NCBI GenBank assembly: GCA_944386045.1 | Contig: CALWZO010000042.1 | Location: 32,934 to 96,933, forward strand | Direction: 5' to 3' | Length of the DNA stretch: 64,000 bases | Source: an uncultured Clostridia bacterium | GTDB lineage: Bacteria > Bacillota > Clostridia > Oscillospirales > Ruminococcaceae | Shown: positions 54,749 to 64,000 of the stretch, in pieces | Numbering within the stretch: position 1 is the first letter of the stretch | Layout of the letters: every line of letters starts with the position of its first letter | Notes under the pieces: generated by a model | The model's database searches: none | Told to the model about the DNA's origin: nothing | Seen by the model: only the letters and a program-made list of their open reading frames with translations | Made by a program: the position numbers and the translations under genes

Positions 54749-55462
54749 TTAATTTTCAACATTTTTGTGGGTATTAAATAATTTATCGTACAAATCCGGT
54801 CTTTTTTCCTTTGTTCTTTTCAGCGAATCCTGTTTTCTGTATTCTTTTATGTTTTTTTCATGTCCGGATATCAGTACATCTGGCACTTTTCTGCCCATCC
54901 ACTCGTAGGGGCGTGTATACTGTGCATGTTCCAGCAGTCCGTCATAGTGGCTTTCCTGGGTAAACCCCTCTTCGCTTTTCAGCACTCCGGGCAACATCCT
55001 GCACACAGCGTCTGTTATCACCAGCGCCGGCAGTTCGCCGCCGGTCAGCACATAGTCGCCTATGGAGATTTCCATATCGGCCAATTCTTCTATAACCCTT
55101 TCGTCCATACCTTCGTAATGGCCGCACACTATGGTTATATTTTCCATTTGGGACAGCTCTTTGGCCATCTGCTGGTTGAAAACTTTGCCGGCGGCTGTGG
55201 TGAATATGATAAAATTCTTCCGGCCGCAGTCCCGTTCAATGGCCTTGCAGCAGTCATAAACCGGCTGCGCCTGCATTACCATACCGTGACCGCCGCCGTA
55301 GGGTGTATCGTCCACATGGCGGTGCTTGTTGGTGGAATAATCTCGTATATTATATGTCCTTATATCCACCTTTCCCGCATTTTTAGCCCTGCCTATTATG
55401 CTGGTGTTCAACACAGTGTCGCACATCTCCGGGAAAAGTGTGGCAATGTTAATTCTCATCAA
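54749..55462 (-). CDS. trmD: tRNA (guanine37-N1)-methyltransferase
   Basis: INIATLFPEM and SIGDYVLTGGELPA motifs. Confidence 0.95.
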   Translation of the reverse strand: MMRINIATLFPEMCDTVLNTSIIGRAKNAGKVDIRTYNIRDYSTNKHRHVDDTPYGGGHGMVMQAQPVYDCCKAIERDCGRKNFIIFTTAAGKVFNQQMAKELSQMENITIVCGHYEGMDERVIEELADMEISIGDYVLTGGELPALVITDAVCRMLPGVLKSEEGFTQESHYDGLLEHAQYTRPYEWMGRKVPDVLISGHEKNIKEYRKQDSLKRTKEKRPDLYDKLFNTHKNVEN

Positions 55463-55964
55463 ACATTCCCTCTATCACTTTGACTTTCACTGTTTTGTTT
55501 TCAATGTCCGTACCCATAAGGAATTCGTCCACTGCCGGAAAAAGCACCTGTTTGCCCCGGGCTGTCTGTATAAAATATATATCCCCTGCGCCCAGGTTCT
55601 GGACATCTGTTATCTGGCCTATTTCTGTGCCGTCAAGATAATTTACCACACGGCAGCCTATCAGGTCAGCCACAAAATATGTGTTTTCTTCCAGCTCTAT
55701 CTCATCGCGGTCCAGGTACAGCGTTTTTCCTATCAGGTTGCGTGCAGTTTCGGTGTTGTCTATGCCTTCAAACTGTATTATAACAACATTTTTATGGGTG
55801 CGTACATTCACAGCATGCAAAGGCTGGTAGTACATTTTGTTTTTCTGTATATAAAATGTATCAAATTCTTCCAAAAACTGCGGATAATCCGCCCAGGGGT
55901 AAACCTTTACTTCGCCCCTTATTCCGTGTAGTGAGATTATCTCGCCTGTTTCTATATACTGCAT
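55449..55964 (-). CDS. rimM: 16S rRNA processing protein RimM
   Basis: GEIISLHGIRGEVKV motif. It overlaps trmD by 14 nt. Confidence 0.9.
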   Translation of the reverse strand: MQYIETGEIISLHGIRGEVKVYPWADYPQFLEEFDTFYIQKNKMYYQPLHAVNVRTHKNVVIIQFEGIDNTETARNLIGKTLYLDRDEIELEENTYFVADLIGCRVVNYLDGTEIGQITDVQNLGAGDIYFIQTARGKQVLFPAVDEFLMGTDIENKTVKVKVIEGMFDEN

Positions 55965-56033
55965 TGTGACCTCGCTTTAAACTTTTATACAAATACTAAA
56001 TACGGGCGCCTTGCTAAAAGGCACCCGGTGATT

Positions 56034-56270
56034 TTAGTCTATTTCCACAATCACCTTTTCACCGGTGCGTGTAGCAGCGGCTTTGACAACTGTGCGGATA
56101 GCTTTTGCAATTCTACCCTGTTTTCCGATGACGCGGCCGGTATCTTCGGCAGCCACGGAAAGGTGATATACAACTACGCCTTCTTCGTTTTTCTCATCAG
56201 CATAAACTCTTACGGCGTCTTTATCTTCCACAAGGCCTCTCGCAATATTTATCAATAATTGCTCCATCAA
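56034..56270 (-). CDS. KH-domain RNA-binding protein (YlqC-like)
   Basis: GRVIGKQGRIAKAIRTVV KH motif, located between rpsP and rimM. Confidence 0.85.
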   Translation of the reverse strand: MMEQLLINIARGLVEDKDAVRVYADEKNEEGVVVYHLSVAAEDTGRVIGKQGRIAKAIRTVVKAAATRTGEKVIVEID

Positions 56271-56282
56271 AAGCCTCCGAAA

Positions 56283-56525
56283 TTAGATGATGTTGTTTTT
56301 CTTCAAAAGAACTTTAACTGTATCTGTGGGCTGAGCGCCTGTAGCAATCCATTTTTTAGCTTTTTCTGCATCGATTGTGAATACAACCGGTTCTTTTGTC
56401 GGGTCGTATGTGCCGATTTCTTCAATAAATCTGCCGTCTCTGGGGAAACGGGAATCAGCAACTACCACACGATAAAAAGGAGCTTTTTTTGCGCCCATGC
56501 GACGAAGTCTAATTTTAACAGCCAT
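56283..56525 (-). CDS. rpsP: 30S ribosomal protein S16 (bS16)
   Basis: [26 protein letters not shown]. Confidence 0.95.
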   Translation of the reverse strand: MAVKIRLRRMGAKKAPFYRVVVADSRFPRDGRFIEEIGTYDPTKEPVVFTIDAEKAKKWIATGAQPTDTVKVLLKKNNII

Positions 56526-56595
56526 TCTTATTGTACCTCCATATTATAATTGTTTATATTAAAACGCCATTGCGTTTAATATACTGAAAAAACTG

Positions 56596-57921
56596 TTATC
56601 TGCCCCTGAGCATTCTGCCAAAGGCTTTGGGATTTTTGGTGAACTGCTTCATCATCTTCTGCATCTGTTCAAACTGACGCAAAAGCCTGTTTACATCCTG
56701 CACCTGTGTGCCGGAGCCCCGTGCAATTCTTCTTTTTCTTTTGGGGTCTATTATAGAGGGTTTTTCCCTCTCTTTGGCGGTCATAGAGGATATTATGGCC
56801 TCTACTTTTTTCAGTTCTTTTTCGGCCCTTTCCTCGTCATCCTCGTTGATGCTGCCGGCCCCCGGCAACATTGAAACCATAGATGATATACCGCCCATCT
56901 TTTTCACCTGGCGCAGCTGCTGCAGCATGTCGTTCATGTCAAACTTGTTTTGCAGCATCTTTTTGGCTGCGGCTTCGGCTTCTTTCCGGTCCCGGACATC
57001 CTGTGCTTTTTCTATAAGTGTCAGCACATCGCCCATGCCCAGTATCCTGCCGGCCATACGGTCCGGGTGGAAGGCTTCCAGGTCATCCAGCTTTTCACCG
57101 GTACCCACAAACTTGATAGGTTTGCCTGTTACAGCCTTTACGCTGAGCGCAGCACCGCCGCGGGTGTCACCGTCCATTTTGGTGACAATAACACCATCCA
57201 GGCCGATTGTTTCGTTAAACTCTTTGGCTACATTCACTGAATCCTGACCGGCCATCGCATCTATTACCAGCAATGTTTCGCTGACGGGCACAGCTTTTTT
57301 GATGTTGGAAAGCTCCTCCATCAGCTGCCGGTCTATATGCAGTCGGCCGGCTGTATCCAAAATAAGGATATCATTGCCGTAATCTTTTGCGTGATTGTAC
57401 GCCTTTTTGGCCACTTCTACCGGGTCAGTCTTGCCCAGCTGAAAAACCGGTACGCCTGCCTGCTGTGCGACAATTTCCAGCTGTTCGATAGCGGCCGGAC
57501 GGTATATGTCCAGCGCAGCAACCAGCGGTCTGTGGCCCTGTTTTTTATACATTTTGGCCAGCTTGGCAGTATGGGTTGTTTTACCGGCACCCTGCAAACC
57601 GCACATCATAATGATTGTAGGTCCATGGTTTGCAAACTTGACACGGCTGTTCTCGCTGCCCATAAGGGCGGTCAGCTCTTCGTTTACAATTTTGATAACC
57701 TGCTGTGCCGGGGTAAGGCTGTCCATAACCTCGGCGCCTACTGCGCGCTCGCTTACCGTTTTGATAAAATCCTTTGCCACTGTGATGTTGACATCAGCTT
57801 CCAGCAGGGCAATTCTTACCTCGCGCATGGCTGTCTTTATATCATCCGGTGTCAGCTTACCTTTGCTTCTCAGCTTCTTAAATGCGTCAGCCAGTTTCTG
57901 GCTTAATGATTCAAACGCCAT
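56596..57921 (-). CDS. ffh: signal recognition particle protein Ffh
   Basis: GLQGAGKTT, DTAGRL and TKMDGD GTPase motifs plus a Met-rich M domain. Confidence 0.95.
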   Translation of the reverse strand: MAFESLSQKLADAFKKLRSKGKLTPDDIKTAMREVRIALLEADVNITVAKDFIKTVSERAVGAEVMDSLTPAQQVIKIVNEELTALMGSENSRVKFANHGPTIIMMCGLQGAGKTTHTAKLAKMYKKQGHRPLVAALDIYRPAAIEQLEIVAQQAGVPVFQLGKTDPVEVAKKAYNHAKDYGNDILILDTAGRLHIDRQLMEELSNIKKAVPVSETLLVIDAMAGQDSVNVAKEFNETIGLDGVIVTKMDGDTRGGAALSVKAVTGKPIKFVGTGEKLDDLEAFHPDRMAGRILGMGDVLTLIEKAQDVRDRKEAEAAAKKMLQNKFDMNDMLQQLRQVKKMGGISSMVSMLPGAGSINEDDEERAEKELKKVEAIISSMTAKEREKPSIIDPKRKRRIARGSGTQVQDVNRLLRQFEQMQKMMKQFTKNPKAFGRMLRGR

Positions 57922-57933
57922 AAAGCACCCTCC

Positions 57934-58302
57934 TTAACCATTTGACAAATCTTCGCAGATCTGCATTATCTTACCGGCCGCCTTTGATATATCATCATTG
58001 ACGGAATAAGATGAAATATTGTAAAAAGTAATATTCTGGGCCAGTGTTTTGACCTGTTCTATACCCTGTACAATATCACGGTATTTCCGGGCAAAACCTA
58101 TTTTGTCCTCAAGATCGGTCAAAATACCTTCGCCTCTTTTGATAGCGTCCCTGACACCCTGTCGGGTTATATTGAAATTGTCCGCTATCTCTGAAAGGGA
58201 CAGGTCCATATTAAAATACTGCTGCATCATATCTCTTTGCTTTTCGGTAAGAACCTCGCCGTAAAAATCCAAAAGATATGACATTTCAAGATTTTTTGAC
58301 AT
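57934..58302 (-). CDS. ylxM: YlxM/UPF0122 putative helix-turn-helix protein of the ffh operon
   Basis: LLDFYGEVLTEKQRDMMQQYFNMDLSLSEIADNFNITRQGVRD sigma-70 region-4-like HTH, upstream of ffh. Confidence 0.85.
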   Translation of the reverse strand: MSKNLEMSYLLDFYGEVLTEKQRDMMQQYFNMDLSLSEIADNFNITRQGVRDAIKRGEGILTDLEDKIGFARKYRDIVQGIEQVKTLAQNITFYNISSYSVNDDISKAAGKIMQICEDLSNG

Positions 58303-58349
58303 ATTGACCTCCCCTTATGTAAAGTGTGGTTGCTTTACAACGCTTGTTT

Positions 58350-58378
58350 ATTATATTACATACTAACCGTTTTGTCAA
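58350..58378 (-). promoter_or_regulatory. perfect-consensus sigma-A promoter of the ylxM-ffh-rpsP operon (TTGACA-17-TATAAT)
   Basis: Read on the minus strand. Confidence 0.7.
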
Positions 58379-58432
58379 TGATTTTATTCATTATTTTCGC
58401 TGAAAAATAAATCTGTAGACCTTTACAGACAA

Positions 58433-58457
58433 TAAAAAAAGCGCTTTTGCAAGCGCT
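58433..58457 (-). terminator. intrinsic terminator of the tRNA operon
   Basis: AGCGCTT/AAGCGCT stem followed by TTTTTTT on the minus strand, directly after the tRNA-Gln CCA. Confidence 0.8.
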
Positions 58458-58533
58458 TGGTTGGGCTAGCTGGATTCGAACCAGCGGGATGACGGAGTCA
58501 AAGTCCGTTGCCTTACCGCTTGGCTATAGCCCA
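58458..58533 (-). tRNA. tRNA-Gln (anticodon UUG), CCA encoded
   Basis: Hand-folded cloverleaf: acceptor UGGGCUA/UAGCCCA, anticodon stem ACGGA/UCCGU with loop CUUUGAC, T-loop UUCGAAU. The variable region appears to be 6 nt. Confidence 0.85.
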
Positions 58534-58566
58534 GTATGAAAAAAGCACCTTTTACAGGTGCTTTTA

Positions 58567-58644
58567 TGGGGTGGAAGATGGGATTCGAACCCACGGTCTC
58601 CAGTGCCACAAACTGGCGCTTTAACCAGCTAAGCTACATCCACC
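58567..58644 (-). tRNA. tRNA-His (anticodon GUG) with encoded G-1 and CCA
   Basis: Extra 5' G opposite C73. Anticodon stem CCAGU/ACUGG with loop UUGUGGC. T-loop UUCGAAU. One U:U mismatch at 6:67 in the acceptor stem. Confidence 0.85.
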
Positions 58645-58649
58645 ATGCC

Positions 58650-58726
<77 letters not shown>

Positions 58727-58744
58727 ATAACTGATTGCTAAAAA

Positions 58745-58773
58745 ATAATACCATATTCCGCCAATAATGTCAA
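58745..58773 (-). promoter_or_regulatory. sigma-A promoter of the tRNA Arg-His-Gln operon (TTGACA-17-TATTAT)
   Basis: Read on the minus strand, about 18 nt upstream of the tRNA-Arg 5' end. Confidence 0.65.
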
Positions 58774-58835
58774 GGGATATTTTGAAATTTTTTATTTTTA
58801 TAGCCAATAATAAAACAAAAACAGGCAGGTGCTAT

Positions 58836-59339
58836 ATGACAAGAGATGAAAGGCAGCGACTGGCCAGAAAAATTATCCGTTCTACAGAGGATCAGATTGA
58901 CGACGAACATTTTATACACCGGCTGCTGGCAGAGAGCACGCTGTATAATATATACGAGGACGAAAAGTCCACCTTTGGGCAGAAAGCCGCAGACCTTATG
59001 GCCAGGTTTGCAGGTTCCTGGGCTTTTGTAATAATTTTCTGCACCGCCCTGATTTTGTGGGTGGGAATAAATTTTATCATGACAGACCGCGCTTTTGACC
59101 CTTTCCCGTTTATACTTCTCAACCTGATACTGTCCTGCGTATCCGCCTTGCAGGCTCCTTTTATTATGATGAGCCAAAACCGTCAGGAGGAAAAAGACAG
59201 AAAGCGCAGCGAAGGAGATTACAAAATAAACCTTAAAAGCGAAATTATCATCGAGGATGTGCACTACAAACTGGACAGCATAATCAGCCGGCAAAAGCAG
59301 ATATTGCAGCTGTTGGAAGAAAGTGAACAGGACAAATAG
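58836..59339 (+). CDS. DUF1003 family membrane protein
   Basis: FGQKAADLMARFAGSWAFVIIF...DPFPFILLNLILSCVSALQAPFIMMSQNRQ signature. ATG 58836. The ORF-track extension to 58767 overlaps the tRNA promoter. Confidence 0.8.
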   Translation: MTRDERQRLARKIIRSTEDQIDDEHFIHRLLAESTLYNIYEDEKSTFGQKAADLMARFAGSWAFVIIFCTALILWVGINFIMTDRAFDPFPFILLNLILSCVSALQAPFIMMSQNRQEEKDRKRSEGDYKINLKSEIIIEDVHYKLDSIISRQKQILQLLEESEQDK

Positions 59340-59404
59340 TTTCTCTTTTATTTTTACGGCATTTATGGTAAAATGTCATCAAAAGATATCAAGGAGGAAA
59401 AGAA

Positions 59405-59938
59405 ATGTCTAATATCTGGCATGACATCAACCCCAAGCGCATCACCCCCGATGATTTTATCGCGGTTATAGAAATTGAAAAAGGGTCCAAAAACAAATAT
59501 GAACTGGACAAGGAAACAGGTCATATCATCCTGGACAGGATACTGCATACATCCACCCATTACCCGGCAAACTATGGCCTGATCCCCAGAACATACGCCG
59601 ATGACGGTGATCCGCTGGATGTGCTGGTACTGTGCAGTGAGAACATCATTCCCATGAGCCTTGTAAGGGTTTATCCCATAGGTGTAATCACAATGCTGGA
59701 CGGCGGCAAAATGGACGAAAAGGTAATCGCAATTCCTTTCAGCGACCCCACATACAACGGATATAAAGATATAAGCGAGCTGCCACGGCACATATTCAAC
59801 GAAATGGGTCACTTCTTTACAGTTTACAAAAACCTGGAAAACAAAGAAACTGTTGTAAACGAAGTAAAGGGCGCCCGGGAAGCCAAAGAAATAGTAAAGC
59901 AGTGCATAGACAATTATATAAATAAATTTTGTAAATAA
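59405..59938 (+). CDS. ppa: family I inorganic pyrophosphatase
   Basis: VIEIEKGSKNKYELD and DGDPLDVLVL motifs, 177 aa. Confidence 0.95.
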   Translation: MSNIWHDINPKRITPDDFIAVIEIEKGSKNKYELDKETGHIILDRILHTSTHYPANYGLIPRTYADDGDPLDVLVLCSENIIPMSLVRVYPIGVITMLDGGKMDEKVIAIPFSDPTYNGYKDISELPRHIFNEMGHFFTVYKNLENKETVVNEVKGAREAKEIVKQCIDNYINKFCK

Positions 59939-59970
59939 CTGATGTTATTTACCCATATAAAGCAAAAAGC

Positions 59971-60012
59971 ACGGATAAGATTTTACTTGTTGTAAAATCT
60001 TATCCGTTTTTT
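59971..60012 (+). terminator. intrinsic terminator after ppa
   Basis: 16-bp stem ACGGATAAGATTTTAC/GTAAAATCTTATCCGT followed by TTTTTT. Confidence 0.85.
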
Positions 60013-60165
60013 ACTGTTTGTAAAATTAAATTTGTTTTACCTTATGCTTTTTGCACACGAATGCCGGCTATCACTTTCCCCGCTTTTTATTATTCACAGA
60101 AAAAATAAACTCCAAAAGCTGACGCAAAACAGAAAGTCATCGCCTGCGCCGGCGGTTTTTCATAT

Positions 60166-60198
60166 ATAAAAAATAAACCGTCGGAAATCCGACGGTTT
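60166..60198 (-). terminator. intrinsic terminator after tRNA-Pro
   Basis: AAACCGTCGG/CCGACGGTTT stem followed by a T-run on the minus strand. Confidence 0.8.
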
Positions 60199-60200
60199 AC

Positions 60201-60276
60201 TGGTCTGAGTGACCTGACTTGAACAGGCGACCTCTACCACCCCAAGGTAGCGCGCTACCAACTGCGCCACACCCAG
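60201..60276 (-). tRNA. tRNA-Pro (anticodon GGG), CCA encoded
   Basis: Acceptor CUGGGUG/CACUCAG with one G-U pair. Anticodon stem CUACC/GGUAG with loop UUGGGGU (G37). T-loop UUCAAGU. 76 nt. Confidence 0.85.
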
Positions 60277-60363
60277 ATATCAGCCCTCTAATGAGGTGCT
60301 AATATATGATATACTATTTTCAGAAAAAATGCAAGTACTTTTTCAATTTTTACGCAAAAAATT

Positions 60364-60831
60364 TTATTTATGTGCCTTACAGCTGAGAAAATCCACTTCC
60401 AGCTTGTATACACAGACCGATTTCAATGCTTCTTCGCTGTAGTTCCAGCTTTTTTCACCCCGGTAATGCTCCATTATCCTGTCCAGGGCGTATGGCTTGT
60501 CGGCTTCTTCCAGGACAGTTATCCTGCCTGTACCCATAACGCTTTTGAAACGGTAGGAAAAGCCGCACGCCACATCAGCGCTGTTCAGAAGATGGTCGGT
60601 ATCCATTTCAAAGCTTACCGGCGGAGCTGATTTAATAAGGCTTATCTTTTTGCCTTCGGTGGCGCTGTGGAAATAAAAAATTCTTCTGCCGTCTTTGTTT
60701 TCAAACCCGAAATTCAATGGCAATATATAGGCCATTCCATCCGAAACAAAACCCAGCCTGCAAACATCGCACTGCAAAATTATTTCATCTATAACATTGT
60801 CATCTGTTATCTGCCTGTCTTTTCTTCTCAT
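60364..60831 (-). CDS. pyridoxamine 5'-phosphate oxidase-fold FMN-binding protein (NimA-like)
   Basis: MRRKDRQITDDNVIDEIILQCDVCRLGF N-terminus typical of this family, 155 aa. Confidence 0.75.
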   Translation of the reverse strand: MRRKDRQITDDNVIDEIILQCDVCRLGFVSDGMAYILPLNFGFENKDGRRIFYFHSATEGKKISLIKSAPPVSFEMDTDHLLNSADVACGFSYRFKSVMGTGRITVLEEADKPYALDRIMEHYRGEKSWNYSEEALKSVCVYKLEVDFLSCKAHK

Positions 60832-60851
60832 ATTTCACCTCTGAAATTCAA

Positions 60852-60882
60852 ATAAAAGGCAAGCTCAAAGAGCCTGCCTTAG
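60852..60882 (-). terminator. intrinsic terminator after the ABC importer operon
   Basis: AAGGCAGGCTC/GAGCTTGCCTT stem (one mismatch) followed by TTTATTT on the minus strand. Confidence 0.6.
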
Positions 60883-60886
60883 ATTT

Positions 60887-61909
60887 TTATTTGCTGTGTT
60901 TTTCTTTAAGTCTTTTGGTTTTTCTGTCTGTCTGGATAGCAAAAACGATAAGACCTATCAATGTTGCCACATAAGGTATTGACGCGATGAACTGGCTGGG
61001 AACAGACAGTGACTGCAAAATATTTGCCATAGCATCAAACATACCAAACAGGAAAGCAGCTATTGTTGTACCGATAGGTGTAGCGTTACCCAGGTTCATG
61101 GCAGACATACCGATAAAGCCTTTACCGGCTGTCATACCGCGGCTGAAGAATGAAACATAGCCCATTGACAGGGATACACCGCCAAAGCCACAGAACAGAC
61201 CGGACAAAGCCATTGCCTGGAACTGAACTTTTTTAACATTTACGCCTACAGATTCAGCAGCATTGGGGTTTTCACCAACAGCCCTTATTCTCAGGCCGGT
61301 GGAAGTTCTCATTACTATGTAATAAACCAGCGGAACGCACAACAGTGCGAAATACACCATTATATTGTGTCCTGAAATAACCTCGCCTATAATCGGAATA
61401 TCCTTTATAATCGGAATGTCTATAACAGGCATTGTGCAGGAGTTGAGGGATGAGGACATACCTTTTTCGCCGGCAGCCAGATACAGTGCAAAAACTGTAC
61501 CACCGGTTGATATGGTGTTTATAGCCAAACCGGAAAGATATATGTTTGCCTTCAGCTGAACAGCCATATAAGCCAGGAAGAGGCCCATAAGAACTGAACA
61601 CAGAACACCGGCCAAAAATCCTGCTGCAGCACCTGCGGCAACTGCACGGCCGGACACGGCTTCATAAGCAGCGTCAGCGGGCATAAGGTCGCCCAGCACA
61701 GCTTTTCTTACAAAAGCAGATACAACAACACCGGTCAAAGCACTGGTCAGCATCATACCTTCCAGAGCCAGATTCATAATACCGCACCTTCTGGCGATAA
61801 GGCCGCCCAGGGCAGCAAACAAAATCGGTGTGGTTACGCGAAGAATTGACGCGGCAAAAGAAGTTGTGAACAAAAGATCAAAAATCTGAGAAAATAAACC
61901 TTCACCCAT
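60887..61909 (-). CDS. ABC transporter permease (BMP/nucleoside-type, NupQ/YufQ-like)
   Basis: 340-aa polytopic BPD_transp_2-type permease, second of a tandem pair. Confidence 0.8.
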   Translation of the reverse strand: MGEGLFSQIFDLLFTTSFAASILRVTTPILFAALGGLIARRCGIMNLALEGMMLTSALTGVVVSAFVRKAVLGDLMPADAAYEAVSGRAVAAGAAAGFLAGVLCSVLMGLFLAYMAVQLKANIYLSGLAINTISTGGTVFALYLAAGEKGMSSSLNSCTMPVIDIPIIKDIPIIGEVISGHNIMVYFALLCVPLVYYIVMRTSTGLRIRAVGENPNAAESVGVNVKKVQFQAMALSGLFCGFGGVSLSMGYVSFFSRGMTAGKGFIGMSAMNLGNATPIGTTIAAFLFGMFDAMANILQSLSVPSQFIASIPYVATLIGLIVFAIQTDRKTKRLKEKHSK

Positions 61910-62994
61910 TATTCAGCAGCCTCCTTTGCTTCAAGTTGTTTCTTAGCGTTATTAACAATAAGTTTGTGTTTGTATTTGGACAGGAACATTTCCGCAGCAA
62001 CAAACATGATGATAAGGCCCTGAACCACATCAACAAATTCTATCGGAACATCAGACATACGGTTCATAACATCGGCACCTATTCTCATATATGCCAGGAA
62101 AAATGCTGCCAAAGGCACCAAAATCGGATTATTCTTGGCCAGAACGCCTACCATGATACCGTCAAAGCCGTATCCGGGCTGAGTTCCGTACCAGATAAAT
62201 CTGTCATACATACCCAGCATTTCAACAGAACCGCCAAGGCCGGCAATAGCACCGCCTATCAGCTGTGTAGCCATAGCTACGCTTACTATGGAAATACCGG
62301 AGTATTTTGCAAAGTTGGCGTTGGCGCCCACCATTCTTATGGCATAGCCCCATTTGGTTCTGTAAATGAAGAAATACATCAATACAGCAACAGCCAGGGC
62401 GATAAATATACCTGTATGTACACGGGTGCCTGTCCAGATTTTTGCAAATTTAGCCCGTTCTGGGATTTTGTATGAGGCCTGCTGACCGCTGACAGTATCT
62501 CTCATCTTGTAGTACAGAATATAGTTGGATACATTCAGCAGTATATAGTTCATCATAATTGATGAAACAACTTCATTGGCCTTAAATTTAACCTTCAATA
62601 TAGCGGGGATAAATGCTGCTACAACACCTGTAACTATACCCACCCGCAAGCAAGCTATCTGCAGCGGAAGGCCGGACCAGGTTTCATGAGTAACTGCAAA
62701 CCATGTTGTCAGGTTGGCAGCAATAAGGAAAGCACCTTCACCGATCATGTTAAACTGATTGGCCTGATACATGATACATATAGCAGTACCGGTGAACATG
62801 ATGGGTGTCATCATTTCCAGTATATTTCCTATACGGGATTTTCTCTGCAAAGGACCGGTTATAAATGTAGCAATAGCTTCAACCGGAGATTCACTTACAA
62901 AGGAAATTACAATGAAAGCAATGCCAAGGGCGATGGCAATCGCCATAAAAGTTTTAAAAGCGTCAAAACGCCTTTCTATCTGTTTACTAGTCAT
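61909..62994 (-). CDS. ABC transporter permease (BMP/nucleoside-type, NupP/YufP-like)
   Basis: 361-aa polytopic permease. It overlaps the ATPase gene by 8 nt and the next permease by 1 nt. Confidence 0.8.
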   Translation of the reverse strand: MTSKQIERRFDAFKTFMAIAIALGIAFIVISFVSESPVEAIATFITGPLQRKSRIGNILEMMTPIMFTGTAICIMYQANQFNMIGEGAFLIAANLTTWFAVTHETWSGLPLQIACLRVGIVTGVVAAFIPAILKVKFKANEVVSSIMMNYILLNVSNYILYYKMRDTVSGQQASYKIPERAKFAKIWTGTRVHTGIFIALAVAVLMYFFIYRTKWGYAIRMVGANANFAKYSGISIVSVAMATQLIGGAIAGLGGSVEMLGMYDRFIWYGTQPGYGFDGIMVGVLAKNNPILVPLAAFFLAYMRIGADVMNRMSDVPIEFVDVVQGLIIMFVAAEMFLSKYKHKLIVNNAKKQLEAKEAAE

Positions 62995-64000
62995 AAGCTA
63001 CCCTCGCAATCTCTTCCGGAGTCTGTTTCTTTACGCCAAGCATATACTCGCCAAGTTCCATATCGCTTATGGAGGAAGCGTCGGGTATGTATGCTGCAAT
63101 GTGACCTTCGTTCATGACTATCAGGCTGTCTGACAGCTCCAGAACTTCGTTCAGGTCTGCGGAAATCAGCAGTACTGCTGTGCCTTCGTCACGCAGTTCA
63201 ACCAATCTTTTACGGATAAATTCAGTCGCACCAACATCTATACCGCGGGTGGGCTGATTTGCAATAACAAGTTTCGGGTTGTTGGAAAACTCACGGGCAA
63301 CAACAACTTTCTGCATATTGCCGCCGGAAAGCATTTTTACCGCCCGGTCTCTGTCATCACATTTTATCAGGAATTCCTTTATCAGCCTGTCGGACAAATC
63401 TTCTATCTTCTTTTTGTCCATCAGCAGGCCCTTGTTAAATTCTTTTTTGTAGTATCTGTCGGATATGACATTGTCTTTTACGCCGCTGGTGGCTGCAACG
63501 CCATAGGTCATTCTGTCTTCGGATACATGAGATACGCCCATTTCCCTTATCCGGCGTATGCTCTTGCCCTTGACATCAACTCCGTTGACGGTGATACTGC
63601 CGTTCTGGAAGCCAAGCAGGCCGGTTATGGCTTCGCTTATCTGGCTTTGTCCGTTGCCTTCAACACCGGCAACGCCCAGTATTTCTCCTTTGCGCACAGA
63701 AAAGCTGATATTGTCAACGATCGTGCGGCCAGTATCGGACGCTATGCGCAAATCACGCACTTTAAGCACTGTTTCCTTGGGCTCTGCCTTTGTTTTTTCC
63801 ACCTTGAGGACAACATCACGGCCAACCATCATTTTTGATATTTCCTGCTCGGTAACATCGGCAACTATTGCCTTGCCCACGCTTTTGCCCAAACGGAGAA
63901 CTGTCAGGCGGTCACAAAGTTCCTTTATCTCGTTCAGCTTATGGCTGATAAATACTATTGTATGTCCCTGGTCACGCAGATGTTTAAGCTCTACAAAAAG
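62987..64000 (-). CDS. ABC transporter ATP-binding protein with duplicated ATPase domains (NupO/RnsB-like); 5' end outside window
   Basis: Signature LSGGNMQKVVVAREF and Walker B in the second domain. The frame stays open past 63892 to the window edge (..FISHKLNEIKELCDRLTVLRLGK..). Confidence 0.85.
   Translation of the reverse strand, partial: LFVELKHLRDQGHTIVFISHKLNEIKELCDRLTVLRLGKSVGKAIVADVTEQEISKMMVGRDVVLKVEKTKAEPKETVLKVRDLRIASDTGRTIVDNISFSVRKGEILGVAGVEGNGQSQISEAITGLLGFQNGSITVNGVDVKGKSIRRIREMGVSHVSEDRMTYGVAATSGVKDNVISDRYYKKEFNKGLLMDKKKIEDLSDRLIKEFLIKCDDRDRAVKMLSGGNMQKVVVAREFSNNPKLVIANQPTRGIDVGATEFIRKRLVELRDEGTAVLLISADLNEVLELSDSLIVMNEGHIAAYIPDASSISDMELGEYMLGVKKQTPEEIARVAYD

Noticed and set aside
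60013-60165. The 150-nt gap between the ppa terminator and the tRNA-Pro terminator contains a small CGCC..GGCG hairpin plus T-run, suggesting a possible sRNA or sORF.
   Set aside because: The stem is only 4 bp, there is no convincing promoter, and the only ORFs are 16-20 codons without an SD.

Overview
This 64-kb window is dense, mostly housekeeping chromosome from an endospore-forming Firmicute of class Clostridia. The taxon is inferred only from gene content: spoIVA, spoIID, a SipL-like DUF3794/LysM gene, an mreBCD-mrdA-minD-mgsA cluster, group-II ECF S-components, and Firmicute-type promoters and Shine-Dalgarno (SD) sites. I call about 69 protein-coding loci, two of which look like decaying genes and two of which are unannotated small ORFs. 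I also call four tRNAs: an Arg-His-Gln operon and a lone Pro. Several near-consensus sigma-A promoters and many intrinsic terminators are listed as well.

Functional blocks, in window order:
- hom, xpt, a vitamin B6 salvage pair and queT
- azlCD and hisS-aspS
- cell shape and division: mgsA, minD-like, mrdA, mreDCB, then maf, DUF4321, U32, zapA
- glycogen catabolism: glgP and a GH13 enzyme
- glycolysis: pgk-tpiA-gpmI, with gap separate
- sporulation: spoIID, SipL-like plus spoIVA
- coaD-rsmD-uvrC, ptsH, and the ylxM-ffh-rpsP-KH-rimM-trmD operon
- ppa and a BMP-type nucleoside/sugar ABC importer

I found no transposase, integrase, prophage block, CRISPR array, rRNA or recognisable defence island, and no convincing novel multi-gene system.

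The best leads are single-locus oddities:
- an orphan histidine-kinase-like protein whose phospho-acceptor His appears to be replaced by Tyr
- a MinD-like ATPase with no membrane-targeting helix and no MinC/MinE nearby
- a GH3 gene missing its whole second domain
- an ECF S-component broken in a T homopolymer
- a signal-peptide-less LAS (M15) peptidase with a peptidoglycan-binding domain
- two unannotated small ORFs with good SD and terminator context
- a genome-wide pattern of codon-aligned antisense shadow ORFs

All functional calls come from motif recognition by eye. No database search was run.
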